From: Longimicrobiales bacterium
GTDB lineage: Bacteria; Gemmatimonadota; Gemmatimonadetes; Longimicrobiales; Gaopeijiaceae
DNA: 64,000 bases
Direction: 5' to 3'
Assembly (NCBI GenBank): GCA_963422615.1
Contig: OY730414.1
Coordinates: forward strand, 1,534,302 to 1,598,301
This document shows positions 9,778 to 17,907 of this stretch, piece after piece. The notes under the pieces were generated by a model that did no database searches, was not told where the DNA came from, and saw only the letters and a program-made list of their open reading frames with translations. The translations under genes were made by a program, and so were the position numbers. Positions within the stretch are counted from its first letter, which is position 1. Every line of letters starts with the position of its first letter.

Positions 9778-10560
9778 GTGAGCGCCAAAGCGAACCCCTC
9801 CGGAGCCGCGTCGAAGGCTCGACTTTCCGCAAGAATGGCCGGCATCCTCGACTTCCTCCTGCCACCGGCCTGTGCCGGCTGTGGCGGGCCCGCGGACGGG
9901 GAGGCCCGGTCTGCGCCGGTGTGCCGGAATTGTCGCCTGGGACTGCCCCCGATCCCTCTACCGGTCTGTGCCCGGTGCGGAGCCCCCGCGGGGACGGGGC
10001 GGGCACCGTCTTGCTTCGAGTGTATGGAATGGCCCGAGGTACTGAAGGGGGCCCGAGCCGTGTGCCTCCTGGAGTCCCCGGCTAGGGAGCTGGTGCACGC
10101 CCTCAAGTACCAAGGCTGGCGGGGCGTGGGCACCTTCATGGGCGAGGAGATGGCCCGGAGGGCGGAAAGCGCGGTGAGGCGGGCCCATTTCGTCGTTCCG
10201 ATTCCCACGTCCGCCCGCAACCGCCGGCGCCGGGGATACAATCAGGCCCGGGTCATTGCTCACGCCTTGGCGGAGGGTCTGGAGCTTCCGTTGCTCGGCT
10301 GCCTGGAGCGGAGGCGCCAAGGGGGAACCCAAACGGCCTTGAACCCGATGGAACGGCGGGATAACGTCAAAGACGCGTTCGTATTGACCGACGCGCGCCG
10401 CGAGGTGGTGAAGGGCCGTCGGCTTGTGCTCGTGGACGATGTGATGACCACCGGTGCCACGATTCAGGCTGCGGTTCGCGCCTTGGCCCCGGGCGGACCC
10501 GCCCAGGTCTTTGCATACGCGTTTTCACGCACGGTCCCCATTTCCCTGGAATCAAACTGA
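9778..10560 (+). CDS. comF: ComF family protein (zinc ribbon + phosphoribosyltransferase-like); start may be ATG 9835
   Basis: Four CxxC pairs, 'RGYNQA', 'LVDDVMTTGAT'. Confidence 0.9.
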   Translation: MSAKANPSGAASKARLSARMAGILDFLLPPACAGCGGPADGEARSAPVCRNCRLGLPPIPLPVCARCGAPAGTGRAPSCFECMEWPEVLKGARAVCLLESPARELVHALKYQGWRGVGTFMGEEMARRAESAVRRAHFVVPIPTSARNRRRRGYNQARVIAHALAEGLELPLLGCLERRRQGGTQTALNPMERRDNVKDAFVLTDARREVVKGRRLVLVDDVMTTGATIQAAVRALAPGGPAQVFAYAFSRTVPISLESN

Positions 10561-10598
10561 ACCGAAGGGTCCCGCCGACCCGGGAGCTGACGAACCCC

Positions 10599-11621
10599 AT
10601 GGCCATTCGAGTCGCCATAAACGGTTTCGGCCGCATTGGCAGAAACGTCCTTCGCGTGGCGAAGCAGGAGCGCGATACCGATCTGGACGTCGTTGCGATC
10701 AACGACATAGCGGAGAACCTCACCCTTGCCCACCTGCTGCAGCACGACTCCGTTCACGGGCGGTATCCGGGGACGGTGGAGGCCTCCCACCGGGGCTTGG
10801 TCATAGACGGAGACGAGATTCGGGTTTGTTCCCAGAGGGATCCGGGGCGCCTTCCGTGGCGCGATCTGGACGTAGATGTGGTCGTGGAGGCCACGGGGCG
10901 ATTCCGAACCCGGGAGCTGGCGTCGAAACATCTGGAAGCGGGCGCCAGGAAGGTGATCATCTCGGCGCCGGCGAAGGGGGTGGACATCACCGTCGTTCTG
11001 GGTGTCAACCAGAACCGGTACGACCCCCGGTCCCACCACCTGATTTCCAACGCGAGCTGCACAACCAACTGCCTGGCGCCGGTCGCCAAGGTTCTTTCGG
11101 GGCGTTTCGGCTTGGTGCGGGGCTTGGTGACGACCATTCACGCTTACACCAGTGACCAGTCGATCCTGGACGGTCCCCACAAGGACCTTCGCCGGGCCCG
11201 GGCGGCGGCCATGAGCATGATTCCCACGACGACCGGGGCCGCCAGGGCGACGGCGTTGGTGCTGCCGCATCTGGAAGGGAAGCTGGACGGGATGGCCATC
11301 CGGGTGCCGACGCCCGATGTGTCGGTGGTCGATCTCGTCGCGGAGCTGGAGGGTGGTGTAACGGTTGATGCCGTAAACGACGCCTTCCGGGTTGCAGCGG
11401 CGACCGATCTGGAGGGGATCCTGAGGGTGGAAGAGGAGCCGCTGGTGTCCGTGGACTTCACCGGAGACCCTGCGAGCTCCGTGGTGGACGCACCGGCCAC
11501 CGCGATCATGGCCGGGCGAATGGTGAAGGTCCTTGCTTGGTACGACAATGAATGGGGCTATTCGGCCCGGGTTGTCGACTTGGTCAAGTACGTGGGAGAA
11601 CGCCTCTCCGCTCAGGTGTGA
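10599..11621 (+). CDS. gap: Type I glyceraldehyde-3-phosphate dehydrogenase
   Basis: 'INGFGRIGR', 'NASCTTNCLAP', 'WYDNEWGYS'. Confidence 0.98.
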   Translation: MAIRVAINGFGRIGRNVLRVAKQERDTDLDVVAINDIAENLTLAHLLQHDSVHGRYPGTVEASHRGLVIDGDEIRVCSQRDPGRLPWRDLDVDVVVEATGRFRTRELASKHLEAGARKVIISAPAKGVDITVVLGVNQNRYDPRSHHLISNASCTTNCLAPVAKVLSGRFGLVRGLVTTIHAYTSDQSILDGPHKDLRRARAAAMSMIPTTTGAARATALVLPHLEGKLDGMAIRVPTPDVSVVDLVAELEGGVTVDAVNDAFRVAAATDLEGILRVEEEPLVSVDFTGDPASSVVDAPATAIMAGRMVKVLAWYDNEWGYSARVVDLVKYVGERLSAQV

Positions 11622-11622
11622 C

Positions 11623-11647
11623 GGAACCCGGGCTTCATGAACGTCGT
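11623..11647 (+). promoter_or_regulatory. Putative ECF-sigma (autoregulatory) promoter
   Basis: GGAACC-N13-CGTCGT immediately upstream of the ECF sigma gene; matches the AAC (-35) / CGT (-10) ECF pattern. Confidence 0.6.
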
Positions 11648-11681
11648 TTAGGCGGGTTGGAAGGGGACAACGGGGCAAGGG

Positions 11682-12293
11682 ATGACAAACGATACCGCCG
11701 CGGAAGCACCGGTTCGACCGGTGCCGGAATGGGTTCGGCGTCCTCGGTCGAGCAAGGTCCGCGAGCCCGTTCTGCGGGAACTTCCGCCCGACTTCGAGGC
11801 TTGGTTCCGGGATCACCGCACGTCCGTGTACCGGTATGTCCGATTCCGAGTTGCCACCCGGGAAGTCGCAGAGGATTTGACTTCCGAAGTCTTCCTCAAA
11901 GCCCTTCGATCCCTGAAGAGGTACGATCCGAAGCGGTCAGCCCCCCGCACTTGGCTTCTCCGCATCGCCCGTAACGCAGTGACCGACCACCTCCGGGCCC
12001 TCCAGCGGAGGGGTTCGCTCCACGTATCCCTGGACCGGGTGCCCGACTTGGTCTCCCGGGCTCCCTCCCAGGAGGAACGTCTCCTTCGGGAAGAACAGGT
12101 GCAGAGCCTGCTGAACGCGGCGGCCGCCTTGCGGGACACGGACCGGGAGGTGCTGTCCCTGAGGTATGGGGCCGGGTTAGCGAACGGAGAGATTGCCGAA
12201 GCCCTGAAGATCAGCGTGAACGCGGTGGGCGTACGCCTCCACCGGGCCTTGCGACGGCTCAAACAGGCGGTTGCCGCCGGGAAGAAGTCCTAG
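11682..12293 (+). CDS. ECF-type RNA polymerase sigma-70 factor
   Basis: Region 2 'AEDLTSEVFLKA...RTWLLRIARNAVTDHLR' and region 4 'DREVLSLRY..GL..GEIAEAL..SVNAVGVRLHRALRRL'; no region 3. Confidence 0.93.
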   Translation: MTNDTAAEAPVRPVPEWVRRPRSSKVREPVLRELPPDFEAWFRDHRTSVYRYVRFRVATREVAEDLTSEVFLKALRSLKRYDPKRSAPRTWLLRIARNAVTDHLRALQRRGSLHVSLDRVPDLVSRAPSQEERLLREEQVQSLLNAAAALRDTDREVLSLRYGAGLANGEIAEALKISVNAVGVRLHRALRRLKQAVAAGKKS

Positions 12294-13112
12294 ATGAACC
12301 GGCCCGGTTCCGAATCTCCTTCCGGTGCGCTGCCTTTCGGTTTGGCGGGGTTGGACCGCGACCTGCGAGAGATCGCCATTGAGGAGCGTTGTTCTTTCGG
12401 GCCCGAACTTCGAGCGAAGCTGGAGGAGGAGTACCGGCAACTTCGGTCTTGCGGCCATCCCCGATTGCTGTGGCGGATTTCCGGGAGGTGGCTTGCCACA
12501 GCTGCGGCGATTCTCATGGTTGCGGGGACGCTGGCCGTTCCTCCAGCCCGGGCTTCCTGGGTGCGGTTGTTTCGGCCTCCTCCCCCCGAACCTGCAGAGC
12601 CTGCTGTGCCCGCCGGACTGGGGGATGCCGGGCCTGAGCCCCCCGAGCCCCAAGTGGTGCCGGGGTTCGCCGATCTGGAGTCGGCCGAGGTTCCGGAGAC
12701 CTTCGCAATCCCATCTCTTCCCACCCCGCCGGAGCCTTCCGACGTGCGCCGCCCGCCGGTATCCGTTCCTCCCACATTTCCCGCGCTCCGGGACAGGGAC
12801 AAGGCCCGGCGCATCGTGGGCGATGAATACCCGGACTCCCTCCAGCGGCAGGGGATCGGCGGCACGGCGCGGGTGTTGCTTTGGGTGGGTCCCGACGGGT
12901 CGGCCGACCACGCCGGAGTCGTCGGGTCTTCAGGCGTTCCGGAGCTGGACACGGCGGCGCTCCGGGCGACCCGGTCGTTTTGGTTCCAGCCGGCAACCCA
13001 AGGGGGCCGAGCGGTGGGAACGTGGGTGGAGTTCTCGATCCGTTTTCTACCGGCCGCCAACGCCCAGCCTCACCCGGAGTACCAGGCGTTCCGGATTCTC
13101 CTTAGCAACTGA
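12294..13112 (+). CDS. Single-pass membrane protein with Pro-rich linker and TonB C-terminal domain (candidate anti-sigma factor)
   Basis: About 60-aa charged N-terminus, TM segment 'WLATAAAILMVAGTLAV', Pro-rich linker, TonB-C motifs 'YPDSLQRQGIGG..RVLLWVGPDG', 'SSG..ELDTAAL', 'FQPA..GGRAV'. Starts immediately after the sigma stop codon. Confidence 0.8.
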   Translation: MNRPGSESPSGALPFGLAGLDRDLREIAIEERCSFGPELRAKLEEEYRQLRSCGHPRLLWRISGRWLATAAAILMVAGTLAVPPARASWVRLFRPPPPEPAEPAVPAGLGDAGPEPPEPQVVPGFADLESAEVPETFAIPSLPTPPEPSDVRRPPVSVPPTFPALRDRDKARRIVGDEYPDSLQRQGIGGTARVLLWVGPDGSADHAGVVGSSGVPELDTAALRATRSFWFQPATQGGRAVGTWVEFSIRFLPAANAQPHPEYQAFRILLSN

Positions 13113-13230
13113 TCGTGGTGGGGCGAGTCTCTTCCGGCCTCATAGGGGGCTCGTTCCCGATCTTCCCGACTGGGCTTGGGAGGATGGGTGCGGGCAGGTT
13201 CCGGCAACCTTTTTGGCTCCCGAGTCGGCC

Positions 13231-14478
13231 TTGAAGAAGAACCTTGAGGACCTTGGGGGCAGGGTTCTGGCCGGGGCGGTCGTTGCCCTCAGGGCCGACT
13301 TCAACGTCCCGATGGAGGGCAGCCGGGTCGCCGACTCGACTCGGATCGAACGCACGATTCCCACGATCCAGCGCCTTGGGGCCGCGGGGGCTCGGGTTGT
13401 CGTCCTTTCCCACCTGGGCCGCCCGGGCGGCCAAGTTCTAGAGAGCCTCACCTTGAAGCCCGTTGCCCGCTGCCTGGAGGATCACCTGGGGCAGACGGTT
13501 CGGTTCGTTTCCCGGGGGGAGGGCGCTTTTGTGCGGGACGCTGTCGAACGGCTGGATGGGGGATCGGTTCTGGTGCTGGAAAACACTCGGTTCCTGTCGG
13601 GGGAGACGTCCAACGATCCCGATCTGGCAGCCGACTGGGCACAGTGGGCGGACCACTTCGTGATGGACGCCTTCGGTACGGCCCACCGGGCCCACGCCTC
13701 CACGGACGGCCTTCCCCGCGCGATAAGGGCAAGGGGGGGTGACGCGGTGGCGGGAGAGCTGATGGAGGCGGAGTTGTCCGTCCTGGGGGCCGCTGTGGAG
13801 CGACCTGATCGTCCCTTTGTAGCCGTTCTGGGTGGGGCCAAGGTTTCGGGAAAGATCGGTGTAATGAAGGCCCTCCTGCCCAAGGTCGATGCCCTGCTGG
13901 TCGGGGGCGCCATGGCCAACACCTTCTTCTGTGCCATGGGGATGGAAACGGGTCGGTCCCTCGTTGAGACGGACAAGGTTGGCGTGGCTGCTGAGCTTCT
14001 GGTGGAGGCCGGGCCCCGCTTGGTCCTCCCCGTCGACTGTACCGCCGCATCGAACCTCGCTTCCGGAGCCGCGACCCGCACCGCCGACCGAAGCGAGATT
14101 TCACCCCAGGAGGTCATTGGAGACATCGGCCCGGCAACGGCGGAGCTCTTTGCAAACTTCCTTGCCGATGCGGCCACTGTGGTGTGGAACGGTCCCATGG
14201 GTGCCTTCGAGATCGACGGTTTCGGACGCGGGACCCGCCGGATTGCCCAGGCGATGGCGGAGGTGGCGGACTTGGGGGCAACGGTTATCATCGGAGGAGG
14301 AGATTCTGTGGCCGCGGTGGCGTCCGCCGGGGTCGCCACCCGCATCAGTCATATTTCAACCGGGGGCGGAGCGTCCCTGGACTTCCTCGCGGGCAGGGCA
14401 CTCCCTGGCGTCGCGGCGCTTTCGGAGCGGCCGGAGGCCCCCTTCCCGCACCCCGTCCCCAGGCAGGAGGAGGCATGA
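13231..14478 (+). CDS. pgk: Phosphoglycerate kinase
   Basis: 'RADFNVP', 'SHLGRP', 'LENTRF', 'DAFGTAHRAHAS', 'GGAKVSGKI', 'WNGPMG', 'STGGGASL'; TTG start inferred. Confidence 0.97.
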   Translation: MKKNLEDLGGRVLAGAVVALRADFNVPMEGSRVADSTRIERTIPTIQRLGAAGARVVVLSHLGRPGGQVLESLTLKPVARCLEDHLGQTVRFVSRGEGAFVRDAVERLDGGSVLVLENTRFLSGETSNDPDLAADWAQWADHFVMDAFGTAHRAHASTDGLPRAIRARGGDAVAGELMEAELSVLGAAVERPDRPFVAVLGGAKVSGKIGVMKALLPKVDALLVGGAMANTFFCAMGMETGRSLVETDKVGVAAELLVEAGPRLVLPVDCTAASNLASGAATRTADRSEISPQEVIGDIGPATAELFANFLADAATVVWNGPMGAFEIDGFGRGTRRIAQAMAEVADLGATVIIGGGDSVAAVASAGVATRISHISTGGGASLDFLAGRALPGVAALSERPEAPFPHPVPRQEEA

Positions 14479-15221
14479 CCACGACGAAGGTTGTCGCAGG
14501 GAACTGGAAGATGCACCACGGCCCGGAGGAAGCGTCCCGCTTTTTCTCCCGCTTCCACCCCGACTTGGCCGGGGCCGCCGTTCGCCTCCTCCTGTTCCCT
14601 CCGGACCTCGCCCTGGCCGCCTCCCGGGAAAGCGCCCGGATTCCCATCGAATTCGGCGTTCAGAACGTCCACTGGGAGCCCGCAGGCCCATTCACCGGGG
14701 AGACCTCCCCCGAGATGGCGAGGGAGGCGGGGGCTTCCTTCGCCCTGGTCGGCCATTCGGAGCGCCGCCACGTCTTCGGGGAGACCGACACCGACGTGAA
14801 TCGCAAAGTAGGCGCGTCCATACGGGCCGGGCTGAATCCCGTCGTCTGTGTAGGAGAACGTCTGGAGGAGCGCCGGGCAGGCCGGCTGGAGGAAGTGCTC
14901 CGACGCCAGGTGGGCGCAACCCTCGGGTCCCTGAAAGAGGCCGCCGAATTCATGATCGCGTATGAGCCGGTTTGGGCCATCGGAACCGGGGAGACCGCGA
15001 GCCCCGAAGACGCGGCCGAGGCCCACGGGATCGTGCGAGAAGCCCTGGGCGAAATGGCTGCGGCACCGATCCTCTACGGGGGAAGCGTCAACCCCGGAAA
15101 CGCTGCCGCACTCATGACCGCGCCCGGAGTCGACGGTGTGTTGGTAGGAGGCGGGAGCCTGGATGCCGTGGGCTTTACCCGGATCGCTCAGGCGGCCGTC
15201 CGCTCCGCCATGAGCGTCTAG
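14475..15221 (+). CDS. tpiA: Triosephosphate isomerase
   Basis: 'GNWKM', 'GHSERR', 'AYEPVWAIGTG', 'YGGSV', 'GVLVGG'. Confidence 0.97.
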   Translation: MTTTKVVAGNWKMHHGPEEASRFFSRFHPDLAGAAVRLLLFPPDLALAASRESARIPIEFGVQNVHWEPAGPFTGETSPEMAREAGASFALVGHSERRHVFGETDTDVNRKVGASIRAGLNPVVCVGERLEERRAGRLEEVLRRQVGATLGSLKEAAEFMIAYEPVWAIGTGETASPEDAAEAHGIVREALGEMAAAPILYGGSVNPGNAAALMTAPGVDGVLVGGGSLDAVGFTRIAQAAVRSAMSV

Positions 15222-15278
15222 CCAGCACCTGGCCCCCTTAGGGCGGGTCCCAGGCGGAGGCCCGGACCTCTGCAGGGG

Positions 15279-15307
15279 TTGACTCCGCTTTCCCCCGGGG
15301 GCATGTT
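15279..15307 (+). promoter_or_regulatory. Putative sigma70 promoter for secG
   Basis: TTGACT, 17 bp, CATGTT. Confidence 0.45.
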
Positions 15308-15351
15308 GCAGCGTTAGGGGAAGGGAAAATTCGGAGGGCGAGTCATCACGA

Positions 15352-15741
15352 ATGTACGGGTTTCTATTGGGCCTTCTGGTCCTTGACGGCTTTTTTCTGG
15401 CGGTGGTCATCCTGCTTCAATCCGGCAAGGGTGGGGGACTGGCCGCTATGGGCGGAGGAGCCGCGGCTGCGGATGTGTTGGGGGGGCGCCAGGCGACCAC
15501 CCTCCTGACCCGCGCCACATGGACTGCAGGCACGATCTTCATGGTGGTTTCTCTGATTCTGGCCATTATGTCCTCCCGGGCCGCCGCGCCCACGTCGGTG
15601 CTGGAGGGGCTGGCCCCACCGACATCGACGGTGCCCCAGCCGGTACTCCCGGAAGTCGTTCCCACCGAAGAAGTGCTGTCGCCGGACGAGAGCACGCCAC
15701 CTCCTCCCGAAGGTGGGCCGCCGAACGGTTCAAGCCGATAG
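15352..15741 (+). CDS. secG: Preprotein translocase subunit SecG
   Basis: Two TM helices around 'LLQSGKGGGLAAMGGG', 'LTRAT'; downstream of tpiA. Confidence 0.93.
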   Translation: MYGFLLGLLVLDGFFLAVVILLQSGKGGGLAAMGGGAAAADVLGGRQATTLLTRATWTAGTIFMVVSLILAIMSSRAAAPTSVLEGLAPPTSTVPQPVLPEVVPTEEVLSPDESTPPPPEGGPPNGSSR

Positions 15742-15765
15742 CAATCTGTCGGCACACGGGGCTCC

Positions 15766-16803
15766 GTGACCCCTGAGGTTGAGGCTCTTACGCCGACCCA
15801 CCTCCGGGACGGAGCCCTTGAGCCGGCGGTCATTGAGGACCTGCTCTACCAGGGGTTCCAGGCTCGTCTCCTTGAGAGAAGCGTGCGGGAACTGGTCCGC
15901 GCGGGCGATCTGGATTCCCGCTTTGCCGGCTTCACAGTGGATTTCAGGTCCGTTGTCCTGGCTCGGGCCATGCGTTGCGGGGCCGACGGCCGCGGGGACG
16001 TATGTTGCCCGGGTCCCCTGTCGCCGGGTCCCTCCCTGGCCTTCGGCGTGACGCCTCTGGAGTTCTTGCGCTATGCGGGCCTGAAGCGCACGAGTGCCAG
16101 CGCGGCAAGGTCCGGGGGACGGAGCTGGACCGATCTCCGTAGGGGACTGATCGGGTGGAGTGGTCCTCGGGGCACGATGACCCAAGTGCTCGCCGGAGTC
16201 GCACTGGCCTTTCGGCAGAGGAGAGAGAGGCGCGCCGCACTGGTCTTCGAGGACTGGAGAGCAACCCAGACCGGTGCTTGGCACGAAGGAATGAGCTTGG
16301 CGGCGGCGCGGAGGGTGCCGTTGATCGTCGTCCTGGCCAGATCCGGCGCCGGGAAAATGAACGGTGGCGCCTGCGGCCTTTCCGACATTGCCGCGAACTA
16401 CGGCATCGCTGCCGTTTCGGTATCCGAAGAGCCCCACGTCCAGCTCTTCCAGGTGGCGGCGGGGGCGCGCCGCAACGCCGTAGAGGGCAGGGGCCCTACC
16501 CTCCTGGGACTCGCGGCCCCGAGAGAGGGAGACCGGTGGGCCGGCCACGACGCTCTTGTCGGCTGGGCAATCGCCCGAGCGGGTCTCTCGGACCGGATCT
16601 TGAAGTCGGCCCAAAAAGACGCCCGGATCGGTGTGGAGCACGCGGTTCAGCGCTTGCGAAGGGAACCGGAGTGCGTCCCCCGCGACGCCCTCGCGCCCGT
16701 TCACACCGGGGCCGCCCCAATTCCACCCTGGACCCGCTCTCAGGTCCCTCAACCCAACGACCCAACCCACTTCGAGGCTCCGGGAGGCACCCCTGTCCGC
16801 TGA
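15766..16803 (+). CDS. Divergent 2-oxoacid dehydrogenase E1 alpha-like protein (ThDP motif eroded)
   Basis: E1-alpha scaffold recognisable ('AGVALAF', 'ATQTGAWHEGMSLAA..RVPLIVV', 'A..YG', 'GRGPTLL') and precedes E1-beta, but GDG...NN is replaced by EDW...RS. Confidence 0.75.
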   Translation: MTPEVEALTPTHLRDGALEPAVIEDLLYQGFQARLLERSVRELVRAGDLDSRFAGFTVDFRSVVLARAMRCGADGRGDVCCPGPLSPGPSLAFGVTPLEFLRYAGLKRTSASAARSGGRSWTDLRRGLIGWSGPRGTMTQVLAGVALAFRQRRERRAALVFEDWRATQTGAWHEGMSLAAARRVPLIVVLARSGAGKMNGGACGLSDIAANYGIAAVSVSEEPHVQLFQVAAGARRNAVEGRGPTLLGLAAPREGDRWAGHDALVGWAIARAGLSDRILKSAQKDARIGVEHAVQRLRREPECVPRDALAPVHTGAAPIPPWTRSQVPQPNDPTHFEAPGGTPVR

Positions 16804-17815
16804 GATTCCCGCGCACGTTACCCGAACCCGCTCCGGAGAACCGGTCACCTTCCTGGAAGCGGTGAGCGAAGCCCTCTGGGAAGAGATGGAGCGAGACGAC
16901 CGGGTGTTTCTCATGGGCGAAGACATCGGTGCCTACGGGGGCGCTTTCAAGGTCACCCGAGGGTTCCTTCGGCACTTCGGCCCGGAGCGGGTCATCGACA
17001 CGCCGATCTCCGAAGGAGGGTTTACGGGGGCCGCTGCGGGAGCCGCGCACATGGGACTCCGGCCCGTGGTCGAGATGCAGTTCATGGACTTCATATCCCC
17101 CGCTTATGATGTTCTGACCAACTACATCGCAACATCCCTGTACCGGGGCGCCGGGGCGCTGCCCCTGGTGGTGCGAGGGCCGGTGGGCGGGGGAAACCGG
17201 GGAGGACCCTTCCACTCCCAGAACGTGGAGATGGCCTTTTTCCACACCCCCGGCCTCAAGATTGTCTACCCTTCCAACCCCAAAGACGCCAAGGGGCTCC
17301 TGAAGAGCGCGATCCGGGACGACAACCCGGTCATTTTCGAGGAGCACAAGGGCCTCTACCGGGCGCCGTTCTGCCGGGAGGTGCTACCCCGGGACGACTA
17401 CGCGATCCCGCTGGGGCGGGCCCGTACGGTGTTGGAAGGAAGGGACCTGTCCATCGTTACCTACGGTCTGATGGTTCACCGTTGCCTCGTCGCGGCTGAA
17501 GAGCTCGCGAAGGACGGCATCCGGGCCGAAGTCATTGACCTTCGAACCCTCCTCCCCCTGGACGAGGATGCCATTGCGGCTTCGGTCAGGAAAACGGGGA
17601 AGCTCCTCATCGTCCACGAAGATACCCGCACCGGCGGCATCGCAGGGGAGATCGCGATCCGGATGAACGAACGGGCATTCGAATGGCTGGACGGGCCGAT
17701 TCTCCGGGTTACGTCCATTGATTCGCCGGTCCCCTTCAGCGGCGTACTGGAAGACTACTTTCAGCCGTCGGCGAACGATGTGGTGACCGCGGGACGTTAC
17801 CTTGTCAAGTACTGA
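16793..17815 (+). CDS. 2-oxoacid dehydrogenase E1 beta subunit (probable CTG start)
   Basis: 'GEDIGAYGGAFKVT', 'DTPISE', 'VEMQFMDF', 'GGPFHSQ', 'DNPVIFEEHK', 'IDLRTL'; GGAGG lies 5 nt before CTG 16793. Confidence 0.92.
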   Translation: MSAEIPAHVTRTRSGEPVTFLEAVSEALWEEMERDDRVFLMGEDIGAYGGAFKVTRGFLRHFGPERVIDTPISEGGFTGAAAGAAHMGLRPVVEMQFMDFISPAYDVLTNYIATSLYRGAGALPLVVRGPVGGGNRGGPFHSQNVEMAFFHTPGLKIVYPSNPKDAKGLLKSAIRDDNPVIFEEHKGLYRAPFCREVLPRDDYAIPLGRARTVLEGRDLSIVTYGLMVHRCLVAAEELAKDGIRAEVIDLRTLLPLDEDAIAASVRKTGKLLIVHEDTRTGGIAGEIAIRMNERAFEWLDGPILRVTSIDSPVPFSGVLEDYFQPSANDVVTAGRYLVKY

Positions 17816-17907
17816 TGCCGGGATCACCGGAATGAACGCTCACCAAGCCCCCGGAACCGTTGCCGGTTGCCGGGTCGGCCTCCAACAAGCAGATGGGGGA
17901 GTTGCGC

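Noticed and set aside
13196..13214. AGGTT-CCGGC-AACCT-TTTT as a terminator before pgk
   Set aside because: The 5-bp AU-rich stem is too weak to call.
15742..15765. tRNA-Leu often found after secG
   Set aside because: The gap is only 24 nt, with no cloverleaf or T-loop motif.
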